In this document: in pieces, positions 47,406 to 56,674 of the stretch
Layout of the letters: the number at the start of each line of letters is the position of its first letter
How positions within the stretch are numbered: the first letter of the stretch is position 1
Origin: a virus
Virus record (IMG/VR): IMGVR_UViG_3300047445_000153
Span: 1-64,000 of that record
DNA: 64,000 bases
Strand: one strand, 5' to 3'
Position numbers and translations under genes: made by a program
The notes under the pieces: model-generated
The model's input: only the letters and a program-made list of their open reading frames with translations
Databases searched by the model: none
What the model was told of the DNA's origin: nothing

Positions 47406-47696
47406 CTAGACCCCACCGAAGGACTCGTACGGGCTGACGGCCTCGCGTTGCAGGATCGGCCCGATGCGGTCTACTTCCAGCTGGCGAGCCCCACCGTACG
47501 GGAAGCACATCGCATCCCAGGCCTCCGGCAGCTGGGTGTAGTGCCGGACCTGCTCGGGCGCGCTGTACTTGATCCCGTCGCCGTAGGCGTCGTTGAAGAT
47601 CTCGCGCTTCTCGCGCTCGGCGACCCGACGTGCATGCGCCTCGTTGTCGGCCTCTACCACGACTGGGATCGTGATGTTGAGTTTGAAGATCGGCAT
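47406..47696 (-). CDS. hypothetical protein
   Basis: GGAGG RBS, coupled. Confidence 0.6.
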   Translation of the reverse strand: MPIFKLNITIPVVVEADNEAHARRVAEREKREIFNDAYGDGIKYSAPEQVRHYTQLPEAWDAMCFPYGGARQLEVDRIGPILQREAVSPYESFGGV

Positions 47697-48295
47697 CAGT
47701 CGGCCTCCAACTCAAGCACCCGCTCCAAGAGGCAGTCAGCCTGATGGTGCAGACCCGCCAACTCGTTCTCACGATTGGTGATGATGAAGTCGTAGAGCCA
47801 GTCGTCGAGACCACCTTCGCTGCTGTGGTCGCGCACAGCAGGCGGCACCCCCGGTCGATTCACGCGCACGAAGGTGACATCCACGTCGCCCGCGAGCATC
47901 CGGCCACCTTCACCTTCCGGGTAGCGCCAGTCGTCGATGACGTACACGCGCGAGGGGTCCGCCCGGTGGTCGATGCGGATGCGGGTCATGGTGATACTGG
48001 CCCAGAACTCCGGGTGGATCTCGCGGCCGATGTCCCCGATCGAGCGCATGAGCTGGCGCGGCGTGATGCCGTACAGCTCGCTGATCGGCAGGTTCTTCAT
48101 CTCCGGATCTTCCACGATGATCGCGGCATGCTCCGGTCGTACACCGGCTTCGATCAGCAGCTGTACGACGAGCGCCTTGATCGGGCCAGCGAAGCGGTGA
48201 CGCCGCACACCGTGCGTGCGCTCCAGATACTTCGCGACGGTCGTCTTGCCGTGGTGCATGTCGCCTGCGAGGGCGATGATTCGTGGCTTGCTCAT
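47696..48295 (-). CDS. deoxynucleoside monophosphate kinase
   Basis: GDMHHGKTT, FAGPIK, TPRQLM..GD.GR, IDDWRYPE, DHSSE. Confidence 0.85.
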   Translation of the reverse strand: MSKPRIIALAGDMHHGKTTVAKYLERTHGVRRHRFAGPIKALVVQLLIEAGVRPEHAAIIVEDPEMKNLPISELYGITPRQLMRSIGDIGREIHPEFWASITMTRIRIDHRADPSRVYVIDDWRYPEGEGGRMLAGDVDVTFVRVNRPGVPPAVRDHSSEGGLDDWLYDFIITNRENELAGLHHQADCLLERVLELEAD

Positions 48296-49275
48296 CGCAG
48301 GTCCTCCACGAACACGCGCTCGAACGGGCGCTCCAGATGGGCGTGGTCCATCATCACGCGCAGGCCGTTCAGCTGTGCCCCGGTCAACGGCGTGTTGGCC
48401 ATCTTGTCGGTCTCGGCCAGCGTCATCGAACGACGCAGGCGCGGCGGTGTCGGCAGGCCCTTGAGGGAGATCTCGACGTCCTTGCGGTGCTGGTGCCAGC
48501 CGCGCAGATTGCCGGACGTCGCGGTCGACGTCAGCATCGGCGTGGCCTGATGTTCAGTGGGTGATGCATGGATGGGATGTGATCCGACGAGCTTGCTGTA
48601 GCGATCCCGCTCCTTTTCCTGCGAGGGGTTGCCGTCGAATGGTTCATAGCTGATACGCGCGCAGCGTGCAGCCGAAAACTGGAGCTGGTCGTTGAGCGAC
48701 AGCTTGCGGCGCTCTTCGGTGAGAACATACGGGAGATGCCACTCGTTGTAGCGGAGCAGCTTCGGCACGCTGGTCTCGATCGCGGTCATGATCTCGATCG
48801 CGAGGTCGCGCATCGTCGGATCCGCGTCGGGATGGCAGCGCAGCATGTCGAAGTTGTCCCAGTCCGTCGCCGTGATCAACACGTCGAGGTACTGGTACGG
48901 CTCGGTCACGCGGTTGGCGATTTGCTTGTGTGCGCCGAGCATCATCAGCCCCCAGCTGTGCAGAGCCGCAAACAGCGACGCTGACTTCCAGATGGCCTTG
49001 GCCCCCTTCAACCGCCAGCCGGTGAGCTGTGCGCCCGCCTGCATACCTGGCTTGTTGGTGCCCCACTCCGTGGGACAGGCAGGGTCGAAGATGACTTGAT
49101 CAAGCATCTTGCTGATCGGCTTGGCACGCGAGGAGCCCGAGTTCTGAGAGAACGCTCGATGTCGGAGCAGTTCCGCCGCGACGATGCGCGGGAAGCGGAC
49201 TTTCACAGTGGTGATACGGACGCCATGCTGTGCGATGGAGTCCTCGATTACTTCGGCCAGAATTGTTGGTTTCAT
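48292..49275 (-). CDS. thyX: FAD-dependent thymidylate synthase (ThyX-like)
   Basis: AELLRHRAFSQNSGSSRA, HKQIANR, SAARCARISY, HASPTEHQA. Confidence 0.8.
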   Translation of the reverse strand: MKPTILAEVIEDSIAQHGVRITTVKVRFPRIVAAELLRHRAFSQNSGSSRAKPISKMLDQVIFDPACPTEWGTNKPGMQAGAQLTGWRLKGAKAIWKSASLFAALHSWGLMMLGAHKQIANRVTEPYQYLDVLITATDWDNFDMLRCHPDADPTMRDLAIEIMTAIETSVPKLLRYNEWHLPYVLTEERRKLSLNDQLQFSAARCARISYEPFDGNPSQEKERDRYSKLVGSHPIHASPTEHQATPMLTSTATSGNLRGWHQHRKDVEISLKGLPTPPRLRRSMTLAETDKMANTPLTGAQLNGLRVMMDHAHLERPFERVFVEDLR

Positions 49276-49329
49276 TGTTCGATTCAGGAGCGGTGGTGGA
49301 CGCCCCTTTGCCTGTTAAAAGTTTTGTTT

Positions 49330-49908
49330 TTAGGAGTTACGTGCGTCGAGCCCGCCCTTGTCTGCCCGTGCTTCAGCAGCGACATTCGAATACTTGTCGG
49401 GGAAACGCTCTTGAAGCTTCGCGATGTTCTCCGCCATGAGATCTTCGATCGTGAAAGCTTGCAAGGCATCGCAGGCATGAGTCACTGCGGCAACGATGTT
49501 GATCAGGCTGCGCATGACGAACTCCCGGCTGGCAGGGCTGTCAAGCAGAGGAGCCTGGAAGGCAATGAAGCCGATTTCCATCGCGATGCGGCACGCGATC
49601 ATGTTCAACTGCGTGGCCGTGCCGAAGCGCGAGAAGTCTTCGAACAGGCCCTGACCTGTCGGGACGTCGCAGTCGATCGCGTCAGCTGCGATGGCCACGT
49701 ACCAGAGGAGATCTCCAAGCTCCTCGCGCATGTGACCGATGAACTCAACCGACAACGGCTTTTCATAGATCGCGATGCGTTTGACTACGGTTGTGAATTC
49801 GCCGTTCTCGGTGGCCAGACCAAGGATGGCGTGATTGAGACGCAGGTGAGTCGTAGCTAACGGCTTCTCGGTGCGTAGTGCCAAAGGCTTGTATTGCTGA
49901 AAGTTCAT
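49330..49908 (-). CDS. MazG-like nucleotide pyrophosphohydrolase
   Basis: LGLATENGEF, EELGDLLWY, NIAKLQERFP. Confidence 0.85.
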   Translation of the reverse strand: MNFQQYKPLALRTEKPLATTHLRLNHAILGLATENGEFTTVVKRIAIYEKPLSVEFIGHMREELGDLLWYVAIAADAIDCDVPTGQGLFEDFSRFGTATQLNMIACRIAMEIGFIAFQAPLLDSPASREFVMRSLINIVAAVTHACDALQAFTIEDLMAENIAKLQERFPDKYSNVAAEARADKGGLDARNS

Positions 49909-49929
49909 AGTCGTTGTGGTGGTGATCGG

Positions 49930-50280
49930 TTAATAAGTTTCAGGCGGTGCTGTGAACCACAGACGGCGCCTTTCTGTTGCTACCGCAGGCAGTGCGTACT
50001 GAATCAGGAACCCCTCCTGATCCTTCTTCTGCATCAGCGTTACCAACCCCTCGTCATGTTTGATGCGAGCAACAAACAAGGTATGGAGATCCCGCTGATT
50101 CCATCTGTACTCACCCGGTTGCCTACGGGCGATGATGAATCGATACAGCTGCGGGTCTCCCCAGTTGGAGAGATCAAGCTCCTTCATCTCTTCAACTACG
50201 CGCTCCACGGTGGTGGCGAGGAGCGCAGCGATATACGGGGGCGTACAGTTTTGATCCAACAGCGTCTTGATGTTTTCCAT
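49930..50280 (-). CDS. hypothetical protein
   Basis: AAGGGG RBS; ORF in array. Confidence 0.6.
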   Translation of the reverse strand: MENIKTLLDQNCTPPYIAALLATTVERVVEEMKELDLSNWGDPQLYRFIIARRQPGEYRWNQRDLHTLFVARIKHDEGLVTLMQKKDQEGFLIQYALPAVATERRRLWFTAPPETY

Positions 50281-50292
50281 GATCCCCTTATT

Positions 50293-52320
50293 TCATGCGG
50301 CTTCCTTGAGAGGTAGCGTGAAAACGTGATCAGCGATCGGGCGCTTGTGCGTCACCACGATGACCTGCTTGATCGTCTCCTTCAACCGCTGGAGACATTC
50401 CGCCGTATAACGTGCGCGTTCCTCGTCCATGCTTTCATCAAATTCATCCGCCATGAACACGGAAAACACACCATTGGTCAGCACTTGGCCCAGCCCGATT
50501 CGCAACGCGAGATTGGCGACTGCCTTGCCCGACCCAGACAACGTTTGAACCTGCTGACCGTCGACCGTGATATTGAATTCGTCGTCGACGATGATCGAGC
50601 TGCGTGCGCCGCCCGTCATCTGGTTCAGCAGCAGGCTCGCCACCTTGTTCAACGACGGGATCAGGAACGACTTGATCACCGTCTTGGCTTCGACGATGGC
50701 CGCTTTGGCCTTCGTGTAATCCTCAGCCTGTGCGAGCAGGCCGTCCAGCTTTTCTTTATCCACCGCGTAGGTCGCAGCAGAAGCCTCGTACGCGGCTTGC
50801 GCCTGCTCGTAGGCACGCGAGGTCACGAGCTTGCCTTCCAGCCCCTTCAGCTGCCCTTCCACGGGCTCCAGCTCGGCGATGCGCGCTTCGCGCTCGGCCA
50901 GCTTGTCGAAGAACTGCTTGTACGCCAGCATCTGCGCGCCGTGGGCCAGCATCGCGCCTTCGTACTTCTGGCGTGCAGCGATCTTCGCCGACTGGTCCGG
51001 GTTCGTCTTCAGCAGCTCATCGAGCTGGACGATCTGCTTGGCGTTCGCGTCGAACTCGTCCTGCTTCGCGTCGATCTCCTTCACCTTTTCTTTGAGCTTG
51101 GCTTGCAGCTCGGTATGCTCGTCCGCGAGCCGGTGATTCAGCTGCTCAATAGACAGTTCGAGGTCCGTCTTGCGCTGGATGTTGCCTTGCAGCGAGCGCT
51201 GGGCGTTCAGGTAGCCGCCTGAGAACTCCGATGCTGGCGTCTCGACCACGTCGGCGTAGGCGTCAAGCGCGTGGCTCGCGAGCGGCCACTGGTGGGCGCA
51301 CGCGGGGCACGTGTGGTTACCCTGCCCCAGCAGCTTCTGCTTCGCTGACCAGCGGTTGTGCATCTCCTGCTGCGCGAAGGCCGCGTCGATCTCCTCGGTG
51401 GTCATCGTCGGCATCACCAGAGCAGCGAGATCCTGCTTCGCGCGCGCCAGCTCCTTCGCCGTCCGCGACTCCCCGTTCATCTCGCCGTGGATCCTCAGCA
51501 GCTCACATTCGAGCGCCGTCCGCTGGCGCATGATCGTCGAGGCGTTGGTGTCGGCCAGCTTGCGTGCGTCCAGCAGGCCCGTACGCACGCCCTGGAGGCC
51601 TTGCAGCGTCTCGATGGTCTCTGTGACCTCGCACGTCGGCGCGACCGGCTCAGCGGGCTTGTGAGCGACCATGCCACGCAGCTGGTTCAGTTCCGTGGCG
51701 AAGGCGACGGCAAGGGCGCGGCACTGTTCCAGCGTCGTGCTGCTTTCGTAGTCGGCCGGCGCTTCAGGCTGCACCGGCTCGCGCAGCACGCTCGCGATGC
51801 CCTCCGCTTGGCGGCGGAACGTGAGCGCAGTCTCGCCCGCGTCCTTGGCCAGCTCATCGAGCACGTTCAGGCCGATCGTCTGGTCGACGATCTTCTTGCG
51901 CTCAGTCGGCTTCGCGTCCGACAGCTTCTCGATCTGGCCTTGCAGGCAGGCGTTCGCCATCGTGAACACGTCGAAGTCGTAGCCGAAGATCTCCTTCATC
52001 TTGGCGTTCACCGGCTTCGTGCCGACCGCGACGTCCTCAACGTCCTCGTCGGTCAAACGTCGGAGCTTGGCGTTCTTGATCGTGCGCGTCACGCGGTACT
52101 GCACGCCCTTGACCATGAAGTCGAGGCTCACTTCGAGCTTCTTGTAGTCCTCGGCCGCGCCACGCAGCGCGACGGTACCCCACAGCGCGAACAGGATCAT
52201 CTCCAGCGTGACGCTCTTGCCGGACTCGTTCTTGCCCGTGATGGCGGTCTGCCCATTCTGAAAATGGAAGATCGAGTTCGGATGACGGTAACCGTTCGTG
52301 ATTCGCAGTTGTTGGAGCAT
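50293..52320 (-). CDS. SbcC/Rad50-like ATPase
   Basis: GKNESGKS, coiled coils, CPAC Zn hook, LSGSG signature, FMADE, VTH. Confidence 0.9.
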   Translation of the reverse strand: MLQQLRITNGYRHPNSIFHFQNGQTAITGKNESGKSVTLEMILFALWGTVALRGAAEDYKKLEVSLDFMVKGVQYRVTRTIKNAKLRRLTDEDVEDVAVGTKPVNAKMKEIFGYDFDVFTMANACLQGQIEKLSDAKPTERKKIVDQTIGLNVLDELAKDAGETALTFRRQAEGIASVLREPVQPEAPADYESSTTLEQCRALAVAFATELNQLRGMVAHKPAEPVAPTCEVTETIETLQGLQGVRTGLLDARKLADTNASTIMRQRTALECELLRIHGEMNGESRTAKELARAKQDLAALVMPTMTTEEIDAAFAQQEMHNRWSAKQKLLGQGNHTCPACAHQWPLASHALDAYADVVETPASEFSGGYLNAQRSLQGNIQRKTDLELSIEQLNHRLADEHTELQAKLKEKVKEIDAKQDEFDANAKQIVQLDELLKTNPDQSAKIAARQKYEGAMLAHGAQMLAYKQFFDKLAEREARIAELEPVEGQLKGLEGKLVTSRAYEQAQAAYEASAATYAVDKEKLDGLLAQAEDYTKAKAAIVEAKTVIKSFLIPSLNKVASLLLNQMTGGARSSIIVDDEFNITVDGQQVQTLSGSGKAVANLALRIGLGQVLTNGVFSVFMADEFDESMDEERARYTAECLQRLKETIKQVIVVTHKRPIADHVFTLPLKEAA

Positions 52321-52332
52321 GATGTTCCCCGG

Positions 52333-53337
52333 TTAAGCGTTACGTTTTTCGAGATACTTCGCGAGGAAGTCGCTGGATACATCAGCGCTCACCCCATGCT
52401 TCGTGAAGCAGCGGCCCAGGATGTCCTGCATGTCGAAGCTCTCGACCTGCATGGTGATGTCGACGAACTCCTCGCCGTTATCAGCGATAGGCTTCGTCGT
52501 GACCGACCACGCATCGATCGGGAAGTCGATCTGTTCACCCGGCTTGAGCAGCACGCGCACGGCCATGTCATGGAAGAGAGTCGGGTCGGACATGAGCGCC
52601 GTCTTCACGTCTTCGAGGCTCATGGTCACGTACATCGACTCGTCGGGATCTTCACCGTGGCTATACGGTTGCATCGAGCCGGGGAACACCACGCGGATGC
52701 CGTTGATCTCTTCGTCGAACGGACGGTGATCATGGCCGCTGACCACCAGCTTCGTGAACGGGCGCAGCTCGAACAGGGGGATCGCGTTGTGCGGCGACTC
52801 CTCGAACGTCACGCGGTCCCAGTGGCCGACGACGAGGTCGTACTCGCGGTAGTCTGCGCCCCCGCCCAGATTGCGCGCCATCTCCTTCGAGTTGATGAAG
52901 GGATGCCACGGTACGATGCCCAGACGAAAGATGCCGTGTTCGAGGATTTCGACTTGGTCCTTCACGACGATCACGCCGCTGTCTTTCAGCAGCTCGTACA
53001 GCAGATCGAAGGAGCTTGCTTTGTCCGCGTCGCGGGAGGCGTCATGGTTGCCGCGCAGGAGCACGAACCACGTCTTCGGGTTCTGCTTGACCGCATGCCG
53101 GTACTGGTCAGCAACACGCAGCACGTACTCGGGCGCGACCACGTACTGATCGAAGATGTCGCCCAGGCAGATATTGACATCGAGGTCGGGTGTCGCCAGC
53201 TCGCACACGAACTGATTGAAGACTGAAGCTTCACGCTCCCCTTGCCGTTCAAGCGGGACACCCGTCTTAAACGAACGGCCAAGGTGCACGTCTCCAATAA
53301 AGCCAACGCGGGCGTTGGCAATTTCCATGACCTTCAT
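52333..53337 (-). CDS. SbcD/Mre11-like nuclease
   Basis: GDVHLG, GDIFD, GNHD, GH, GHDH. Confidence 0.9.
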   Translation of the reverse strand: MKVMEIANARVGFIGDVHLGRSFKTGVPLERQGEREASVFNQFVCELATPDLDVNICLGDIFDQYVVAPEYVLRVADQYRHAVKQNPKTWFVLLRGNHDASRDADKASSFDLLYELLKDSGVIVVKDQVEILEHGIFRLGIVPWHPFINSKEMARNLGGGADYREYDLVVGHWDRVTFEESPHNAIPLFELRPFTKLVVSGHDHRPFDEEINGIRVVFPGSMQPYSHGEDPDESMYVTMSLEDVKTALMSDPTLFHDMAVRVLLKPGEQIDFPIDAWSVTTKPIADNGEEFVDITMQVESFDMQDILGRCFTKHGVSADVSSDFLAKYLEKRNA

Positions 53338-53450
53338 GATTTACCCCTTAATGGGTCAGTGTGTATCCGAAAAGGAAGACCACCCCGGTGGTGAACAGCG
53401 AGGCGGTTACTACCTGGACCAGCTTGAGGAGCTGGTCCACTTTGTTGATT

Positions 53451-54059
53451 TCAGCTTGGGACATCGACAACTTGACCGGCAACAGAGAGGGAGGGATGCT
53501 TCGTGGAATGCTCGCGCACCGCGTAGATCACCTTCAACTGATGGAACACGTCGAACAGCGCGCTGTGTGCATCGCCGACGAACGGGATCTCGCGCTCGAA
53601 CGCGGGCGGCTCCTGCGGCCAGTAGCGGCCACGGATCCACGAGTTCATGTCGTTGGTGTAGCGAAAGTGGAACGGGTTCGCGACCTCGAACTGGCGGAAG
53701 TAGCTTTCGAGGAACGGGAACTCGAAGTGAGAGGGCTTGGCCCACAGACGCAGCGTGTCGTTGTACGGGTCGGTCCCCACCTTGCACCACGTCACGAAGT
53801 CTTCGAGCACCTTCTTCGGTTGCTCGGAACGCTGCATGATGCTGGTCAGGATGTGACGCTTGTCCTTCAGCCACCACGCGCGTGTGTCTTCGTCGAAGTA
53901 GCGCTTCGGGGGGATCATCAGGCAACGGTCGAACGTCTCGGGCATGATCTCACCCGAGGCGAAGTCGAAGCGCACTGCTGCGATTTGGATGATCGCCGAC
54001 GAACCGGGTTCGGTACCCGTCGTTTCGAGGTCGACCATTACGTCAAGATACTTTGTCAT
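53451..54059 (-). CDS. DEDDh 3'-5' exonuclease
   Basis: MVDLETTG, IIQIAAV, HSALFD. Confidence 0.85.
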   Translation of the reverse strand: MTKYLDVMVDLETTGTEPGSSAIIQIAAVRFDFASGEIMPETFDRCLMIPPKRYFDEDTRAWWLKDKRHILTSIMQRSEQPKKVLEDFVTWCKVGTDPYNDTLRLWAKPSHFEFPFLESYFRQFEVANPFHFRYTNDMNSWIRGRYWPQEPPAFEREIPFVGDAHSALFDVFHQLKVIYAVREHSTKHPSLSVAGQVVDVPS

Positions 54060-54507
54060 TACTTTGGCCAGATAGAAGAAGTGCGAATCGTGGATGATTC
54101 GAGAATAGGTGGTGGGCTATCTCGGACCACTTCACCGACATTGCATCATGGTCGATGAGAAACGCTGCGTTGATCACATACCACTCGCCGGTTGATTCCC
54201 GACGAATGATGAATAGGTACTGCCCGCCAGCTGTGATAGCTTTGCGCGCGGCACGCCATTGGTTTTTGGAGATCATGCTGAGGCGAAACGACGGCTCGTG
54301 AGCCGTGCTCTTCACTTCAGCGTAGAACATCATCCCGTCCCACGTCACGACGAAGTCGGCGGGCTGGGCGTCCTTGATTGATTTCTTGAGACCAGTTGCT
54401 CCGCGCACGTAGGCGGTATCGGTCAGGCGCTCGACAGCCGCGCGCTTCCCGAATGGCGCAAAGAACGAGACGAACTCATCCTCCGCGTCTTTCCAGACGT
54501 GCTTCAT
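54043..54507 (-). CDS. PD-(D/E)xK nuclease, probable Holliday junction resolvase
   Basis: AE..PADF..YAEVKS..Q. Confidence 0.7.
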   Translation of the reverse strand: MKHVWKDAEDEFVSFFAPFGKRAAVERLTDTAYVRGATGLKKSIKDAQPADFVVTWDGMMFYAEVKSTAHEPSFRLSMISKNQWRAARKAITAGGQYLFIIRRESTGEWYVINAAFLIDHDAMSVKWSEIAHHLFSNHPRFALLLSGQSNDKVS

Positions 54508-54592
54508 TTTTCTTTGACTTTTACCAGTGGTGGTGGTGTCTGAGGATTATAAACAAGATGCAAGCTTTAAGGATCAATGTTGTAAAAAAGTT

Positions 54593-55915
54593 TTACACGA
54601 CCTTGTCAGTCCTGAATCTCGTATATACGGGATTGCGCAGTGCGCCACCCGAGGTTACCTCCATGTACTCACACTCCAGCACCCAGCCAAGCATCTCCTC
54701 GCGCTCGGCCCAGAACTTGGCACGCTCCTCGGGCGTGAAGCCGCCGCCGACGTTGGTTCGGAAAGGCATGCCGTCTTCGAGCTTGCCCTCGATAGTGAAG
54801 CCACCAAGCACGTGCTCGAAAGCCCCCTTCTTCTTGCCGTTGTAGTAGGCGACGATCTTGCCCTCGGCCGTGTGCAGCGGCTTGCCCTTCAACCAGAACG
54901 GGGAGCGGCCCCAGACGTACGGCGCGTCGAGCTGCTTGAGCATGAAGCCTTCGAAGCCCTGCGCGACGGCGGTGTTGAAGAAGGCGTTGACTTCCTCGCG
55001 GCTGTGGACCACTTCCTTGTAGCTCGGGTACAGCTTGCCGTGCCAATCCACACCATACTCGACCTCCGTCGAGCAGACCTTCGCCAGCGCCGCGTCGAGC
55101 TGCGCACTGCGCTCCTGCTGCGGGCGCAGACAGACCTGCTGGTCCCACTCCGTGCGGGTGAGCCAGTCGTACGCATAGAAGCGCACAGCTGACCGATCCG
55201 CGCCCTCCTTCTTGGCCTCCATCGTCGCCGTCCACGAAGGGTGCTTCTTGCTCGGGTCGATGATGTGGATCATCGCTTCGCCGTCCAGCACCATCGGCTG
55301 GTCGCCGACCAGCTCCTGACGCAGTGCCTGCATCTCGCCGTCGAAGAGCCCACCGAGCCAGTACGTCTGGTCCAGGCCGTCGCGCGAGTAGCCGACCACC
55401 GGCCGGTCGGGGGTGATGAAGAACGTGACCCGCTGGCCATCCATCTTGAACTCGATCTGCGCCGGGAACGCCGGGTCGTGGTCGCCGTACTTCTCTGCCA
55501 GCATCACGTCGAACACCGGGATCAGGCCGGGGAAGACCTTGTTGATCTCCTTCGCGCCGATGCCGATGCGCAAGTTCTTGCGGAGCACAGCCGCGAGGTT
55601 GTCGGCGGTCTCGACGGTGTACTGCGCCAGTGTGCAGCGGATCGCATCCTTCGCGGCATTGCCAGTCAGGCTCCGGGTCGACAGGCTAAGAAGCAGCTGG
55701 ATGAACTCCTCACCGTTGTCGACGTCTTCGACGCGGGCCGTCAGCGGCATCTCGAAGTCCTTCACGCCGTACGTCACGAACGGGCTCAACGCCGCGACCA
55801 GCATCGTCTTGGCGAACTCGTTCGGATCGGCGCCGAGCTTGGTCAAAGCTTCCGTCTTCGCGGTCTTGCTAGTGGTGGCCTTGCACTCGGCCATCAGTCG
55901 GTTGAAGCGTCTCAT
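54593..55915 (-). CDS. ATP-dependent DNA ligase
   Basis: EFKMDGQR, LDGE, FYAYD, EGFMLK, WLKGK, LRNP. Confidence 0.92.
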   Translation of the reverse strand: MRRFNRLMAECKATTSKTAKTEALTKLGADPNEFAKTMLVAALSPFVTYGVKDFEMPLTARVEDVDNGEEFIQLLLSLSTRSLTGNAAKDAIRCTLAQYTVETADNLAAVLRKNLRIGIGAKEINKVFPGLIPVFDVMLAEKYGDHDPAFPAQIEFKMDGQRVTFFITPDRPVVGYSRDGLDQTYWLGGLFDGEMQALRQELVGDQPMVLDGEAMIHIIDPSKKHPSWTATMEAKKEGADRSAVRFYAYDWLTRTEWDQQVCLRPQQERSAQLDAALAKVCSTEVEYGVDWHGKLYPSYKEVVHSREEVNAFFNTAVAQGFEGFMLKQLDAPYVWGRSPFWLKGKPLHTAEGKIVAYYNGKKKGAFEHVLGGFTIEGKLEDGMPFRTNVGGGFTPEERAKFWAEREEMLGWVLECEYMEVTSGGALRNPVYTRFRTDKVV

Positions 55916-56193
55916 GCTTTGTGTTCCTTGTAGGCGCGCTGTTGCCAATCGATCACATCGTCGTTGCGCGTTTTCCATTCGGCGGGCGGGTTGATGATCG
56001 TGCCGGTCTTGGGACGAACCAGCACCACGTTGAGAAATTCCAGCTTGCTCATCGCCTCCCGCAAAACCGTGCGGCTCACGCCGAGCTGTTTCGCCAGTTG
56101 GTCTTGGGCGGGGAGCTGTTCCCCATGCCCGGTTTCGATGATCAGGTCCACCAGCTGGTCGAGCGCTCTGCCGACCATAGACTGCGTACTCAT
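55912..56193 (-). CDS. GntR-family winged HTH protein (DNA-binding domain only)
   Basis: GEQLP..LAKQLGVSRTVLREAM..L..V..RPKTGT. Confidence 0.85.
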   Translation of the reverse strand: MSTQSMVGRALDQLVDLIIETGHGEQLPAQDQLAKQLGVSRTVLREAMSKLEFLNVVLVRPKTGTIINPPAEWKTRNDDVIDWQQRAYKEHKA

Positions 56194-56420
56194 GACACTT
56201 TCTCCTTCAAGTATTCTTCGACTGCGGCCTTAGCTTCGGCGACGAGACGAACTGCCTCGTCGCCTTCGCCGTTGATCGTCAACACCCGCGCGATCTCGCG
56301 CAGCGCGCCCTTGAGGGGCAGCGTTGCGTCATCGCTGCTGTTGCTCCATGTTTCCTCCGACACGTAGCCGGTGTCGGTGTCGAACGCAACCTGCACACGG
56401 CTTTTCACGATGGTGCTCAT
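56190..56420 (-). CDS. hypothetical protein
   Basis: coupled small ORF. Confidence 0.6.
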   Translation of the reverse strand: MSTIVKSRVQVAFDTDTGYVSEETWSNSSDDATLPLKGALREIARVLTINGEGDEAVRLVAEAKAAVEEYLKEKVS

Positions 56421-56674
56421 GCTGCTTGCCCCTGTGGAATGCTGAAGGTGTACGTCGCGACCGGGTACTGGATCGTCAACATATGCTTCACATAGAACTT
56501 CCCAGCATCCGTGATGACTAGCCCTGTCAGGCTGTTCATCTCAGCTACGCCCGCATCGACGAGGCGACGGGCGGCTTCACCGTGGGTCACGGAGCGCGTG
56601 TAATTAACGGGCTCCCCGGAGTAATACAGCTGGAGCAACATCTCCAGCTCGGCAACGTTGCGCGGCCTGCTCAT
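56417..56674 (-). CDS. hypothetical protein (wHTH-like)
   Basis: coupled to polymerase stop; LV.AG..ITDAGK. Confidence 0.55.
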   Translation of the reverse strand: MSRPRNVAELEMLLQLYYSGEPVNYTRSVTHGEAARRLVDAGVAEMNSLTGLVITDAGKFYVKHMLTIQYPVATYTFSIPQGQAA

